NCBI RefSeq assembly: GCF_009914755.1
Contig: NC_060936.1
DNA length: 64,000 nucleotides
From: the human T2T-CHM13v2.0 reference genome, Homo sapiens
Reading direction: 5' to 3' (one strand)
Shown: positions 63,257-64,000 of the stretch, one piece after another
Position numbering within the stretch: position 1 is the stretch's first letter
Layout of the letters: every line of letters starts with the position of its first letter
Position numbers and translations under genes: made by a program
Notes under the pieces: model-generated
Told to the model about the DNA's origin: nothing
Database searches by the model: none
Seen by the model: only the letters and a program-made list of their open reading frames with translations

Positions 63257-64000
63257 CTGTGCGGAAAGGAAAGCACTCATCAGGACCTGTCCTTGGAGAG
63301 GCCCAGTGTCCTGGCCAGGGCCTGTTGACCCACTGGGTAGGAGTGGAGCTGGTGAGCGGGCATGGAAGGAGGGTGGAGGGTAGCCGAGACTTGCCTGCCC
63401 TGTCCACCTCTTGGATCGCCACTTTGTCCCAAGAACAGCCAGGATGGGGGCAGGGAAGGATTTAGGGGGAGCAGAAGACAGTGTATCCTCAGTGGCTTCT
63501 AGAAGCCCCATGTCCAATGTCCACAGCATGGCAGGAACACGGGCACAGCTATGGCAGCATACTGCCAAGCAGGAGGAAGCTGGGGTGCTCCATGGGGCAT
63601 GCCACCTCTAGTTCCCAAGAAGCCAGCTCTGACAATGGGGGAATAGCCTCTCTCTAGGCTGGAGATGAGCTTAGAGGGGAAAGTACTACTGGGAAGAGGA
63701 AAAAGCTCCGTGGATCCCTCAGCAAGCTCCAGGTGCCCACCAGCGTGGGGAAGGGAGCCCCAGGAGATTTGTGGGGACCCCACCTGCTCAGCAGTAGACA
63801 GCTTGTGGGACCAGCTCCCATCTATTCAACTCAGCAGTGATAAGCTACACACTGCAGGGCACAGAGTGAAGAACCCTCTGCCAGGGAATCCCAAGGACAG
63901 CCCTGCTCAGCATGGGATGTGGGACAACACTGTCACAGCAGCTGAAGGTCTCAGAGTTGGAAGGGACTTCTGGGTCATCTGTTCTACCCTCAGTTTCTTT

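Overview
This is human genomic DNA. I recognise it from the proteins as the ABCB9 - OGFOD2 - ARL6IP4 - PITPNM2 cluster (12q24.31 from memory, not verified by search). From left to right: (1) the 5' part of ABCB9/TAPL on the minus strand, with three coding exons and a non-coding first exon in a CpG island at ~16.6-17.2 kb; (2) a bidirectional CpG promoter at ~25-26 kb; (3) complete OGFOD2 on the plus strand, 7 coding exons, 350 aa; (4) complete ARL6IP4 on the plus strand, 237 aa, with an open in-frame upstream extension; (5) the 3' ~30 kb of PITPNM2/Nir3 on the minus strand, 23 coding exons including two frame-preserving cassettes, with intronic MIR4304. The introns are dense in Alu, L1M, L2, MIR and MaLR-LTR repeats. 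All exon boundaries were read by hand as GT-AG and join in frame. I found no wholly new gene system. The most interesting candidates are regulatory: an intra-exonic poly-Ser/poly-Lys RNA hairpin in ARL6IP4, a spliced uORF ending in ATG-ATG-ATG in ABCB9, a dual poison-exon/9-nt-microexon in OGFOD2, an intronic poly(A) route to a short PITP+FFAT PITPNM2, a MIR-derived TATA/poly(A) element between OGFOD2 and ARL6IP4, and a compound AluYb8 insertion beside the bidirectional promoter. Repeat boundaries are approximate. Most ORFs in the supplied track are spurious.
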